Shown here in pieces: positions 38,243 to 47,550 of a stretch of DNA of 64,000 nucleotides (its first letter is position 1; each line of letters begins with the position of its first letter). The notes under the pieces are model-generated. The model made no database searches and was not told where the DNA came from. It saw nothing but the letters and a program-made list of their open reading frames with translations. The stretch is taken from contig JAMCQP010000083.1 in NCBI GenBank assembly GCA_023381695.1, positions 5,165 through 69,164 on the forward strand. The letters run 5' to 3'. Position numbers and translations under genes: made by a program. This DNA comes from Bacillota bacterium (GTDB lineage: Bacteria > Bacillota > UBA5301 > JAMCQP01).

Positions 38243-41200
38243 GTGAGTGGCACCAGTTCGGGTATCCGGGCTGGTGCCTGGGGGGAGAACGGTTTGGCGG
38301 TCGACAAGCTTGTGCTGCGAACCAGATTTAACCTGCCGCGGGCCCGGCGTCAACTCTTTGCACGGCCACGTTTGGCTGCCAGGCTTTCCCGCCTCTGGGA
38401 CTATCCGCTTACGGTTGTTCAGGCCGGGCCGGGTTACGGGAAAAGTACCGCCCTGGTTGCGCTGTTGGCCGGCAAGCAACAATCTTGCTTCTGGTACAGC
38501 CTCTCTGAAGAGGACGCGGACTCCTATCTCTTCATCTTCCACCTGATTCATGCCTTTCGAACCAGCCGGCCGGCGGTGGGCATAAAGTCCCTGGCGGTGC
38601 TGGACGAGACCTCCGGCGCGGCTAGACCCTGGCAGCCCGCGGTGGACGCCCTGATTAATGAAATTCTTGACCATCTCAATGAAGAAGCCGTCCTGGTACT
38701 TGACGATTTTCATCTCCTGGGAGACCACCAGCAGATCCACAAGATCTCCGAGTACTTTGTGGAGCATTTGCCCGCACGGTTGCATGTGGTCGTTTCCACT
38801 CGCCGCAGGGTACAATGGGACTCCCTGCCCAGGTGGCGCGCCAAAGGCGAGGTTCTGGAGCTATCCCAGGAGGATCTGGCGTTCAATCAGGAGGAGATTG
38901 CCTCCTTTTTTCAGGATTACTATGGGTTCGGTCTGACCGGGGAACAATTGGAGATTCTTTTGCGCCGGACCGAAGGATGGATCATTGCGCTGGAGATGGC
39001 ATGGCAGGCCCTGCAAAGCGGCGCCACTCTGGCCAGGATGTGGGATGAACCCCCGGCTTCCCTCCGGGCGCTCTTCGAATACCTGGCCCAGGAGGTTTTG
39101 GCCAAGCAGGAACTCAGGGTGCAGAAGTTTCTCCTGGCGACGGCGATTTTTAAGCAATTGGAGCCTGCGGCTTGCGATGATCTGTGCGAAATAGGCGACA
39201 GTGCGGAGGTGCTGGGCCGACTGGAGCTTCAAGGGCTGTTTACCGTAAGCGTCGGCGACGGCCAGTATCGTTACCACCATTTGTTTCAGGATTTTCTGAG
39301 AAGGACGGCCGGAAAAGATGAAAAGATGTGGCGGGAATACCACCACCGGGCAGTGGCCTTTTATTTGCAGGGCGGCAACCGGGAGGAGGCGGTTTACTAC
39401 CTGCTTGCCGGAGGAGAATGGCACGCGGCGGCGGCCCTCCTGGAAGAAATCACCGAGGAACTTTTTCGCTCGGGAAAGCCGAACCCACTGATACCCTTGA
39501 TCGATCGGCTACCGGAGCAGATCCTGGTGGAACATCCCTTGCTGTTGTTGAACCGCGGCGATGCCTGCCGGCTGGCCAGCGCTTTTGAAGAAGCTTTGCG
39601 GTGGTACACGCTGGCGGAGGAATGTTTCACCCGCCGGCAGGACAAACCCGGCCTCAGCCGGGCTTTGCAGGGGAAGGCGCTGGTTTACCTGGACACCGTC
39701 CAACCGGTGCAGGCGGAAACCTTGCTGCGGGCGGCGGTCCGGCTTCTCGGCCGGGAGGACAGGTGGGCCCGGGCGGCGCTCCTCAAACTGATGGCGGAAA
39801 ACAAGACGAATCAGGGACAGGTGGTCCTGGCGGAGAGGCTTTGGAGAGCCTACCGGCGCCTGTCCCACGCGGCTCTGGAAGATGAACTCGACGTGCGGAT
39901 CTATCTGCGTACCGGCCGGTTAGCCGCGGCACAGGCCGCCCTGGAAAGGCGCGCTCTTGAAGAGGAAAGCGGCGATGCCACCAGCAGGGCGCCCCGTTCA
40001 CACCGGGAGACCAGGCTGGTGCTTTCACTGGTTTATGCTTTTCTCGGGGAAGCCCAGAAGGCCAGGGAATGCGCGAAAGCCGGGGTACGCCTGGGCCATC
40101 AGCTTGGGTCGCCATTCGTGGAAGCGGTGGCTTACATGAGGCTGGGCCATGCCCAGCAACTCCAGTTGCGGCCGCAACAGGAGGAAACGGCCGGATATTA
40201 CCACCGGGCGCTGGAGCTTACGGATTCCCTGAGGATCGCCCGGGGAAGGGCCGAGCCACTGATGGGGCTGTGTTTATTGCACGGCTTTGACGGCGACATG
40301 GTTCTGGCGGAAAAGGCCGGGCGGGAAGGGATGATGATTGCCGAGCGGGCCGGGGACCAATGGCTGGCCGGATACAATCGCATTGCCCTGGGGGCTTCTT
40401 ATGTGATCAACGAGGGTGATGCGCGGGCGCATGAGCTGCTCACCGGTGCGGCCACGACCTTCAGCGCCTGCGGGGACAGTTATGGGCTGACGGTGGCCCG
40501 GTTGTGGCTGGCGCTTCTTGCCCATCGCCGGGGGGAATGGGAGGAGTTTGCCGCGCAGGTCCAGCCTCTGCTGGCTCTCACGCAAACCCATGGGTATGAT
40601 TGCCTTTTTACGCAGATCACCCTCTTTGGCCCGCGGGACCTCAAGGTGGCGGTCCCCATCTTGCTTGAAGCGCGAAGCCGGGGAATCAGGGCTGATTATG
40701 CTTCCTGGCTGCTGGCGGTACTTGGCCTGCCGAAAGCGGAGGTCCATCCAGGGTATTCGCTCTACGTCCAGACTCTCGGGACGTTCCGGCTCTGGCGGGG
40801 GAAGGAGGAGGTGGCTTCAAAGGAATGGCAACGGGAGAAAGCCCGGCAGTTATTCCAGCTCCTGCTTACCAACCGCCGGCAATTGCTTCCTCGGGAGCAA
40901 ATCATGGAGGTTCTCTGGCCGGATCTGGACCCGGAATCGGCGGCACGGGATTTCAAGGTGGCCATGAATGCGTTGAACAACGTACTTGAACCGGGGCGGC
41001 CCGCCCGTTCCACGCCGTTTTACATCTTCCGGCAGGGTTCCTTGTACGGGCTGAACCTGTCGGCGGGATACTGGCTGGATGTGGACGAGTTTGAGAGCCT
41101 GATCGCCAAGGGCGGCCTGCTGGCCGAAAAGAACCGGGAAGAGGCGATGGAGCTTTACCGGCGGGCGCTGGGACTCTATGAAGGTGATTACCTGCAGGAT

Positions 41201-41515
41201 TGTTTATATGAGGATTGGTCCAGCACCGAACGGGAACGGCTGCTGTCGCTCTACTTCCGGACGGCGTCGAAGCTGGCTCAGCTGCTGGCGGACGATGGGA
41301 ATTATGAGGAGTGCATTCCGCTTTGCGAGCGGATTCTGTCCAGGGACAACTGCTGGGAGGAGGCCTACCGCCTCTTGATGCACTGTTATCACCAGCAGGG
41401 GAGGCGCCATCTGGCTCTGCGGGCTTACGAGCGTTGCGCGCAGCGTCTGGAGGACGAGATGGGCGTGGCGCCCACCGCGCGGACGACGGAGCTGTACCGG
41501 CAGATCAAGGCATAG
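38243..41515 (+). CDS. Large hybrid transcriptional regulator: MalT-like STAND NTPase N-terminus, TPR-like helical middle, C-terminal SARP (OmpR-type winged helix plus BTAD)
   Basis: MalT-like Walker A context (LTVVQAGPGYGKSTALVAL). The C-terminal SARP features are LGTFRLWRGKEEV...WQREKARQLFQLLL, ...GYWLDVDEFESL... and ...ALRAYERCAQRLEDEMGVAPTARTTELYRQI. Confidence 0.8.
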   Translation: MSGTSSGIRAGAWGENGLAVDKLVLRTRFNLPRARRQLFARPRLAARLSRLWDYPLTVVQAGPGYGKSTALVALLAGKQQSCFWYSLSEEDADSYLFIFHLIHAFRTSRPAVGIKSLAVLDETSGAARPWQPAVDALINEILDHLNEEAVLVLDDFHLLGDHQQIHKISEYFVEHLPARLHVVVSTRRRVQWDSLPRWRAKGEVLELSQEDLAFNQEEIASFFQDYYGFGLTGEQLEILLRRTEGWIIALEMAWQALQSGATLARMWDEPPASLRALFEYLAQEVLAKQELRVQKFLLATAIFKQLEPAACDDLCEIGDSAEVLGRLELQGLFTVSVGDGQYRYHHLFQDFLRRTAGKDEKMWREYHHRAVAFYLQGGNREEAVYYLLAGGEWHAAAALLEEITEELFRSGKPNPLIPLIDRLPEQILVEHPLLLLNRGDACRLASAFEEALRWYTLAEECFTRRQDKPGLSRALQGKALVYLDTVQPVQAETLLRAAVRLLGREDRWARAALLKLMAENKTNQGQVVLAERLWRAYRRLSHAALEDELDVRIYLRTGRLAAAQAALERRALEEESGDATSRAPRSHRETRLVLSLVYAFLGEAQKARECAKAGVRLGHQLGSPFVEAVAYMRLGHAQQLQLRPQQEETAGYYHRALELTDSLRIARGRAEPLMGLCLLHGFDGDMVLAEKAGREGMMIAERAGDQWLAGYNRIALGASYVINEGDARAHELLTGAATTFSACGDSYGLTVARLWLALLAHRRGEWEEFAAQVQPLLALTQTHGYDCLFTQITLFGPRDLKVAVPILLEARSRGIRADYASWLLAVLGLPKAEVHPGYSLYVQTLGTFRLWRGKEEVASKEWQREKARQLFQLLLTNRRQLLPREQIMEVLWPDLDPESAARDFKVAMNALNNVLEPGRPARSTPFYIFRQGSLYGLNLSAGYWLDVDEFESLIAKGGLLAEKNREEAMELYRRALGLYEGDYLQDCLYEDWSSTERERLLSLYFRTASKLAQLLADDGNYEECIPLCERILSRDNCWEEAYRLLMHCYHQQGRRHLALRAYERCAQRLEDEMGVAPTARTTELYRQIKA

Positions 41516-42023
41516 AAACAGACCCCTCAGGTACTTTCAGATATTGAACAGAATCCTCATGTACTTTGCCCTGGCCCGGAAGATGCTGGTAGAGGTAGAA
41601 AGGATAGATCTGAAATCCGGCTGTCACAAAGTCCTTATCCAGGGTAAATACCGCATCTATCCCGTAAGACTCCATGCAGGCAAAAGAAGTGGCGTCCACG
41701 AAGCTGAGCAAATGATCTCGATATTGAATAAGCCACCGGTAGGCCCGTTCCTCCAGATCCCGATCCACAAAGAGAACCTGGATATGCTGAGTGCTCTGGA
41801 TCGTCGCCAGGAATTGAAAGGCTAAATCAGGGATTCTTTTTGCCCCGCTCCGGAGCATGGTGAAGGACTCGCCGACAACGGTGTTGGAGGTGACTATTTC
41901 CGTTTCCAATTGCAAAAGTTCTGAATAGGCCGCGGACATGATTTGGTGCCTTTCATCTTCCGGGTTAAGGATGGCGAACCAGGCGCTGGTGTCCACAAAG
42001 ACCCCGCGCGGCGGCTGGGTCAT
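41505..42023 (-). CDS. vapC: PIN-domain toxin VapC-like
   Basis: VFVDTSAWFAIL and FVDATSFACMESYGIDAVFTLDKDF motifs. ATGA overlap with the upstream antitoxin. The gene is about 52% GC. Confidence 0.8.
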   Translation of the reverse strand: MTQPPRGVFVDTSAWFAILNPEDERHQIMSAAYSELLQLETEIVTSNTVVGESFTMLRSGAKRIPDLAFQFLATIQSTQHIQVLFVDRDLEERAYRWLIQYRDHLLSFVDATSFACMESYGIDAVFTLDKDFVTAGFQIYPFYLYQHLPGQGKVHEDSVQYLKVPEGSVSMP

Positions 42024-42319
42024 AACTTTTTCTTCCCCTCCTTCCAGTCTTCAACATAGATATACTTGTCGTGATTTACGGACGCGTCTTTTGGAAAATC
42101 TTCACCCTTCAGCAATCCAATTAACTTGAAGGCCGGATCTTCCTCAAGTGGGGTTTTTTTGATGATCACCAACCGTATCCCTTCCCGGATCAGCTGGGCC
42201 TTGGACACCTTCAATTTTGCCGCCAGGCGTTCCAGTTGCGCGTCAACCCTCGGTTCGAGATAAAATTGGAGCCGCTTCATGCGTTTTTTCCCGTTGTTAA
42301 TCTTTTTGCGTAATTCCAT
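42020..42319 (-). CDS. vapB: Ribbon-helix-helix (CopG-like) antitoxin VapB-like
   Basis: RHH motif MKRLQFYLEPRVDAQLERLAAKLKVSKAQLIREGI. RBS AGGAGGAGGTG; preceded on its strand by TTGCGG-18-TATACT. About 40% GC. Confidence 0.7.
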   Translation of the reverse strand: MELRKKINNGKKRMKRLQFYLEPRVDAQLERLAAKLKVSKAQLIREGIRLVIIKKTPLEEDPAFKLIGLLKGEDFPKDASVNHDKYIYVEDWKEGKKKL

Positions 42320-42435
42320 CCAGGCCACCTCCTCCTGGTATCTCTTACCTTTCTCAACCCAGTATAGCATACAAAAATATACACCGCAACAGCTACCCAC
42401 ATTTTTTGAATAATTTAATTTGAACTTTTGCCGGG

Positions 42436-42457
42436 CTTGTAACCGATTTGTAACCGG
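42436..42457. repeat. Two tandem 11-bp direct repeats TTGTAACCGrT in the liv-1 leader
   Basis: Read directly. They sit inside an AT-rich stretch at the start of a roughly 450-nt leader. Confidence 0.45.
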
Positions 42458-42846
42458 TTTGCGACAACCGCCTGTTAGGATAAAGCTGGCGGGGGCTGTG
42501 GCGCCTTTCTGTTTTCAGGTACAGGGTGGCTGCTTGGATGCTGCAGGCTATTTTCGGGGTATGGCCAGGGCGGGAAAGGGGTTTACATTCCGGATGCCAG
42601 GACAGATGGTCATCGCTTCTTTTATGTTGAGATTCGTGAAAGAGAAAGGCGAGGGTGAAGCGGCCGGCGCCGGGAGCCGGTGGCGCGTTTATCTCCGGCA
42701 CATCCAGAGCGGCAAAGAACAATATTTTGCGACTCTACAAGCGGCTTTCGGTTTTTTGGAGGAATACCTGGCAAAAGACGAGACCGGAGAAGAGGTTCTT
42801 GATTTTGAATTTGGGGCCAATAAAGAAGAGTGTGAGGGAGAAGAAG

Positions 42847-43704
42847 ATGGGCTATGATATTCTGATCAACGGAAGCATCAATGGCGCCTTTTATGCGCTT
42901 TTGGCGCTGGGCTTCTGCCTGATGTTCGGGGTGGCCAGGCTGGTCAACCTCTACCACGGATCCTACTATATGCTGGCCGCCTATTTTACCTATCTGTTTG
43001 CCGTTTTGCTGCGCTGGCCGCTGCTGCTTGCCGTTGCGGCATCCCTGAGCGGGGTGGTGGCGGTGGCGATCCTCGTGGATCGGGTTTGTGTCAACCGGGT
43101 CAGGCAATCTTCCATCGCCGTCATGATCTGCACGCTGGGCCTGGCCTATTTTACCCAGTACCTCGTCAGAATTCTCTTTGGCCCCCGCTACCTGAGCATC
43201 CCGGCCTTTGTCTCGGGAAATGCAGGTATTCTGGGGGTCGTGATCCCTTCCACCAGGCTGTTGGCCTTTGGGGTGGGGATTGGTTTGATCCTGGCGTTGT
43301 GGGCATTTATCGGCAAAACCAGGGCCGGCAGGTCGATTATGGCCGTGGCGCAGGATCCGGAGGCCGCCACCTATATGGGCATCAATACTGCGGCGGCATT
43401 CACGATGGCTACCGGGATATCCGCTTTTTTGGCCGGCGTGGCGGGGACCGTGGTCGCGCCGTTTTTGTCGGTGGATCCGGGGATGTGGCTTTTGCCGCTG
43501 ATCAAGGCATTTGCCATCGTAATCCTTGGGGGCCTTGGAAGCCTCTGGGGGAGCGTACTGGCAGCCTTCTTATTGGGATATCTCGAAACGGGTGTCTCCC
43601 TCCTGCTTTCCACCAATGTCCGGGAGATCGTGTTTTTGGCGGTGGTCTTGCTGGTGCTGATCATTAAACCATCGGGTTTGTTGGGCAAGTCGTTGACAGC
43701 CTGA
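42847..43704 (+). CDS. livH: Branched-chain amino acid-type ABC transporter permease (LivH family)
   Basis: N-terminus ILINGSINGAFYALLALGFCLMFGV is typical of LivH. Confidence 0.85.
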   Translation: MGYDILINGSINGAFYALLALGFCLMFGVARLVNLYHGSYYMLAAYFTYLFAVLLRWPLLLAVAASLSGVVAVAILVDRVCVNRVRQSSIAVMICTLGLAYFTQYLVRILFGPRYLSIPAFVSGNAGILGVVIPSTRLLAFGVGIGLILALWAFIGKTRAGRSIMAVAQDPEAATYMGINTAAAFTMATGISAFLAGVAGTVVAPFLSVDPGMWLLPLIKAFAIVILGGLGSLWGSVLAAFLLGYLETGVSLLLSTNVREIVFLAVVLLVLIIKPSGLLGKSLTA

Positions 43705-43742
43705 TGTGAACCCAAGGCCAGATTGGCCGATGACGGCCCGAT

Positions 43743-44771
43743 TTGGACGAAAGGCGGTATCCGGTGGTGAAGCTGTTCAAACCCTTAAATGTGGTAGTGG
43801 TTCTCCTGGTGTTGCTCCTGGCCATGCCTTTACTCACCAAAAATAGTTACCTGCTCGGGGTGTTGATCCTGGCCAATATCTATGCGGTTTACGCGGCAGG
43901 CTGGGACCTCCTCTCTGGCTACACCGGGCGGGAAAACTTCGGATATGCCCTGTTTATCGGGGCAGGAGCCTACGCCGTCGGGTTTATCAGCAAGGTCTTC
44001 CCGGTTCAAGCCTGGTTGTCGCTACCGGTTGGGGGGCTCACCGCGGCGGCGTTCGGCTTGCTGATCGGCATCCCCTGTTTGCGGCTGAAAGGGCCTTATC
44101 TGGCGTTGGCTACCCTGGCGGCGGCGGCCATCGCAGAACGGGTGGTGATGATCTTTTCCGGGGTGACCGGGGGTGAGGAAGGGATGATCGGCATCGCCCC
44201 ACTTTCCTTCGAACCGCTGAACAGCTATTATTACTCGGTGATCTTCATGGCGGTGTCCATCGGGATCCTGTATCTGATCGGCCACCTGCCGGAGGGGTTG
44301 CTCCTCAAGTCCATCAAGCAGGATGAGACAGCGGCGGAGGCGGCCGGGATCAACACCACCTTTCACAAGGTGCTGGCGTTTGTGGTTAGCGCTTTCTTCG
44401 GCGGGGCAGCGGGGGCCTTTAACGCCCATTACATGGGATATGTGGGGCCGGACGCGGTTTTGAACTCCACTATTTCTCTAACGGTGATCATCATGGCGGT
44501 GGTGGGCGGAACCGGTTCTATCCTGGGGGCGGCCGGCGGGGCGTACCTTCTAACCCTCCTGGGCGAGTTTCTCAAGCGGTTCGGGGATTTTCATCTCCTT
44601 TTCTATACGGCGCTTCTCGTTCTGGTGGTGCTTTTTATGCCTAAAGGCATGATCAACAGCCTGGCTTTGAAATTGCCCGGGCCAGGGTCCGAACCTGTGT
44701 CTCGGCCGGTGTCCGGGCCTGGCGGGCATAGCGGCCAGGTTGGCCCGGGAAGGGCGGGTGGGCGGCAGTGA
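43743..44771 (+). CDS. livM: Branched-chain amino acid-type ABC transporter permease (LivM family)
   Basis: LivM-like TM core. The low-complexity Pro/Gly tail is unusual. Confidence 0.85.
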   Translation: MDERRYPVVKLFKPLNVVVVLLVLLLAMPLLTKNSYLLGVLILANIYAVYAAGWDLLSGYTGRENFGYALFIGAGAYAVGFISKVFPVQAWLSLPVGGLTAAAFGLLIGIPCLRLKGPYLALATLAAAAIAERVVMIFSGVTGGEEGMIGIAPLSFEPLNSYYYSVIFMAVSIGILYLIGHLPEGLLLKSIKQDETAAEAAGINTTFHKVLAFVVSAFFGGAAGAFNAHYMGYVGPDAVLNSTISLTVIIMAVVGGTGSILGAAGGAYLLTLLGEFLKRFGDFHLLFYTALLVLVVLFMPKGMINSLALKLPGPGSEPVSRPVSGPGGHSGQVGPGRAGGRQ

Positions 44772-45535
44772 CCCAGGATTATATTCTGGAGGTCCAGGAT
44801 CTGTATAAGAGGTTTGGTGGTCTGGAAGCCACCAGGTATGTGAGTTTTCGGGTGAAGGCCGGGGAACTCCTCGGCATCCTGGGGCCGAACGGCGCCGGAA
44901 AGACCACTCTCTTCAACCAACTTTCGGGGGCTTTCCCTCCGACCTCCGGACGGATTCTCTTCAAGGGCTGGGAGATCACCGGCCTTAAGCCCTACCAGAT
45001 TGCAAACCGGGGTATCGTGAGGACCTTCCAGATTGTGCGGCCTTTTCGGGAGTTGACGGTGGCGGAAAATGTGACCATTCCCTGCCTTTCTCACCGGGGA
45101 CGCGGGCTCATTGGCAACCTCGGCCAAGGCGGCCTCAGGCGTTGGGTTACGGAAGTCCTGGAGATGGTGGAACTGGCTCCCAAGATGCATCTGGCGGCGG
45201 GGCTGTTGACCCATGGTGAACTGAAAAAACTTGAAGTGGCCAGAGCGCTGGCCATGCGCCCGGAGATCATCCTTCTTGATGAACCCTTTGCCGGCCTGGG
45301 ATACCAGGAGATTGCGCCGGTGGCGGAGGTAATCCGCCGTTTGAACGCGGAAAATGGCGTTACCGTGCTGATCATTGAACACAAGCTGCGGGAGTTCATG
45401 AGGCTTGTCAAGCGGATTGTAGCTCTAAATTACGGTGAAAAGATCGCCGAGGGTACCCCGGAGGAGATTGTGCAAAATCCCCTGGTCGTCGAGGCTTATC
45501 TGGGGAAAGGAGGGACGGCCCTTGCCAATTCTTGA
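44768..45535 (+). CDS. livG: ABC transporter ATP-binding protein (LivG family)
   Basis: Walker A GPNGAGKTT, signature and Walker B, and a LivG-type C-terminus. Overlaps the livM stop. Confidence 0.9.
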   Translation: MTQDYILEVQDLYKRFGGLEATRYVSFRVKAGELLGILGPNGAGKTTLFNQLSGAFPPTSGRILFKGWEITGLKPYQIANRGIVRTFQIVRPFRELTVAENVTIPCLSHRGRGLIGNLGQGGLRRWVTEVLEMVELAPKMHLAAGLLTHGELKKLEVARALAMRPEIILLDEPFAGLGYQEIAPVAEVIRRLNAENGVTVLIIEHKLREFMRLVKRIVALNYGEKIAEGTPEEIVQNPLVVEAYLGKGGTALANS

Positions 45536-46232
45536 GGTCGGTGGGCTATCGGTTTCATACGGCAGCGCGCTCATTCTTGACGAGGTAAGCCTGGAGGTGG
45601 AATTCAGCCAGTGCGTAGCGGTGCTGGGCCCCAACGGAGCCGGCAAGACCACGCTTTTACGGGCGATCTCCCGCATGGTGCCCTCCCGCGGTTCGATCCG
45701 GTATGACGGGAAGGAGATTACCTCGACAAGCCCGCACCGACTGCCGGGCATGGGGGTTGTTCATTGCCCGGAGAACAGGCATCTGTTTCCGGAGTTTACG
45801 GTAATGGAAAACCTGGAGATGGGGGCTTTTACAAGAAGGGATAAGAAGGCGATGGGAGAGGACCTGGAGCGATGTTTCCGGATCTTTCCGGTCCTGGCCA
45901 AAAGAAAAGGGCAGCTTGCCGGGACGATGAGCGGCGGTGAACAGCAGATGCTGGCCATTGCCCGGGCCATGATGGGCAAGCCCAGGCTGTTGTTGCTGGA
46001 TGAACCATCCATCGGGCTGGCACAGGTGGTCAAGGAGCAGATCTTTCAGGCGGTCCGGGAGATCAAAGGGCTGGGGGTCACCCTTCTGCTGGTGGAGCAG
46101 GATACCACCATGGCTTTGGGTATCGCCGACCAGGTATATATTCTGAAGCAGGGTAGGATAGCCGCTTCCGGGGCGCTGGAAGAGCTTTTCCGGGATACCC
46201 GTATCAAGGATCTTTACCTGGGGATGGGGTAG
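45522..46232 (+). CDS. livF: ABC transporter ATP-binding protein (LivF family)
   Basis: Walker A GPNGAGKTT, signature SGGEQQMLAIARA. TTG start with RBS GGGAAAGGAGGG. Confidence 0.85.
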   Translation: MPILEVGGLSVSYGSALILDEVSLEVEFSQCVAVLGPNGAGKTTLLRAISRMVPSRGSIRYDGKEITSTSPHRLPGMGVVHCPENRHLFPEFTVMENLEMGAFTRRDKKAMGEDLERCFRIFPVLAKRKGQLAGTMSGGEQQMLAIARAMMGKPRLLLLDEPSIGLAQVVKEQIFQAVREIKGLGVTLLLVEQDTTMALGIADQVYILKQGRIAASGALEELFRDTRIKDLYLGMG

Positions 46233-46257
46233 CAAAAAAATTTGGAGGTGTATTAGA

Positions 46258-47532
46258 GTGAACGGACAAGATCAAAGGGCAGGCAGGATAATGCGCAGGG
46301 GGATCGTGATTGCCCTGGTGGTCATGGTGCTGACCGGTGCCGGCATGAACGCCGGTTTGGGGCTTTCCACGCCTTTCGCTTCCGTGGCGCTTGCCGCGGA
46401 ACCCATCAAGGTGGGGGTAATCGGCCCCTTCCAGATTGATCACGGTGTTTTCATCCGCGAGGCGGTGCAAATGGCGGCGGACGAGATCAACGCCAAAGGC
46501 GGGATCCTCGGTCGGAAGATCGAACTTTACTACGCCGACGACGAAAACTCGGTGGTAAAGGGCAATACCTCCCTGCGGAAGCTCTTGGCCCTGGATAACG
46601 TGGATTTCATCGTCGGGGGGTTCTCCAGCGGGGTGGTCTCCGGCATCTTTGACGTCATGGCCCAGTATAAGAAGATCTGGCTGGGCACCGGGGCAGCCTC
46701 TCCGGTGATCATCGAACGGATCAGGAACAACTACCATCAATACAAGTATTATTTCCGGGTGGGGACGCTGGGTGCCGACTACCAGGCCGATGCCATCGCG
46801 GATTTCATCGTGGATATGCTCAACAAAAAGCATGGTTTTACCCGGGCGGCCATCCTGTCCACCAACGTGAAGTACGCGCAGGATATCAGTGAGGCGGTAA
46901 AAGAGAAGATCGAGAAGGCCGGTTTGAAGGTAGTCTACAAGGAGTATTTCAACCCGGATACCACCGATTTCTCGCCGAATTTCACCAAGGCCCAGAACAG
47001 CGGGGCGCAGTTCATCGTCAACGTGATTCCCGGCAATGAGGGCATCACCTATGTCAAGCAATGGAGCGACAAGAAGGTGCCGCTGCCCATCGTGGGAGCC
47101 ATCGCGCTGGCGCTGAAGGACGAATTTTTCCAGGAAACCGACGGCAAGTCGCTCTTTGAAGCGTCGTCCAGTCCCAACAGCGGGCCGGCCAGGATCACCC
47201 CCAACACCCTCGATTTCGTGGCCCGTTTCAAGGCGCGCTATAGACATTCTCCGGGTTACATCGCTTATCCGGCCTATGATACTCTTTATGTACTCAAAGA
47301 TGCCGCCGAGCGGGCTAAGAGCCTGGAGACGGAAGCTTTGATCGCCGCCCTGGAAAAAACGGATTTTGTGGGGGTGGCGCCGATAGCCTTCACGAAAGAT
47401 CACGACCTGAAATACGGCGGCAAGTATGCCAGGTTTGTCTGGTATCAGTTCCAGGAGGGCGGCAAGCGCGTGGCGGTCTACCCGCAGGAGTATGCCACCG
47501 GCGTGTATAATCTGCCATCGTGGATCAAGTAG
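46258..47532 (+). CDS. ABC transporter substrate-binding protein (LivJ/LivK cluster, type I periplasmic binding fold)
   Basis: Signal peptide followed by a Leu/Ile/Val-binding-protein-like fold (IKVGVIGPFQ, GGILGRKIEL). Confidence 0.85.
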   Translation: MNGQDQRAGRIMRRGIVIALVVMVLTGAGMNAGLGLSTPFASVALAAEPIKVGVIGPFQIDHGVFIREAVQMAADEINAKGGILGRKIELYYADDENSVVKGNTSLRKLLALDNVDFIVGGFSSGVVSGIFDVMAQYKKIWLGTGAASPVIIERIRNNYHQYKYYFRVGTLGADYQADAIADFIVDMLNKKHGFTRAAILSTNVKYAQDISEAVKEKIEKAGLKVVYKEYFNPDTTDFSPNFTKAQNSGAQFIVNVIPGNEGITYVKQWSDKKVPLPIVGAIALALKDEFFQETDGKSLFEASSSPNSGPARITPNTLDFVARFKARYRHSPGYIAYPAYDTLYVLKDAAERAKSLETEALIAALEKTDFVGVAPIAFTKDHDLKYGGKYARFVWYQFQEGGKRVAVYPQEYATGVYNLPSWIK

Positions 47533-47550
47533 CATCCTGTTTTTGAATTT

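Noticed and set aside
42391-42846. T-box riboswitch upstream of the liv-1 operon
   Set aside because: No conserved T-box sequence (AGGGUGGNACCGCG) and no terminator/antiterminator pair with a U-tract precede the livH RBS. Only a partial AGGGTGG match was seen.
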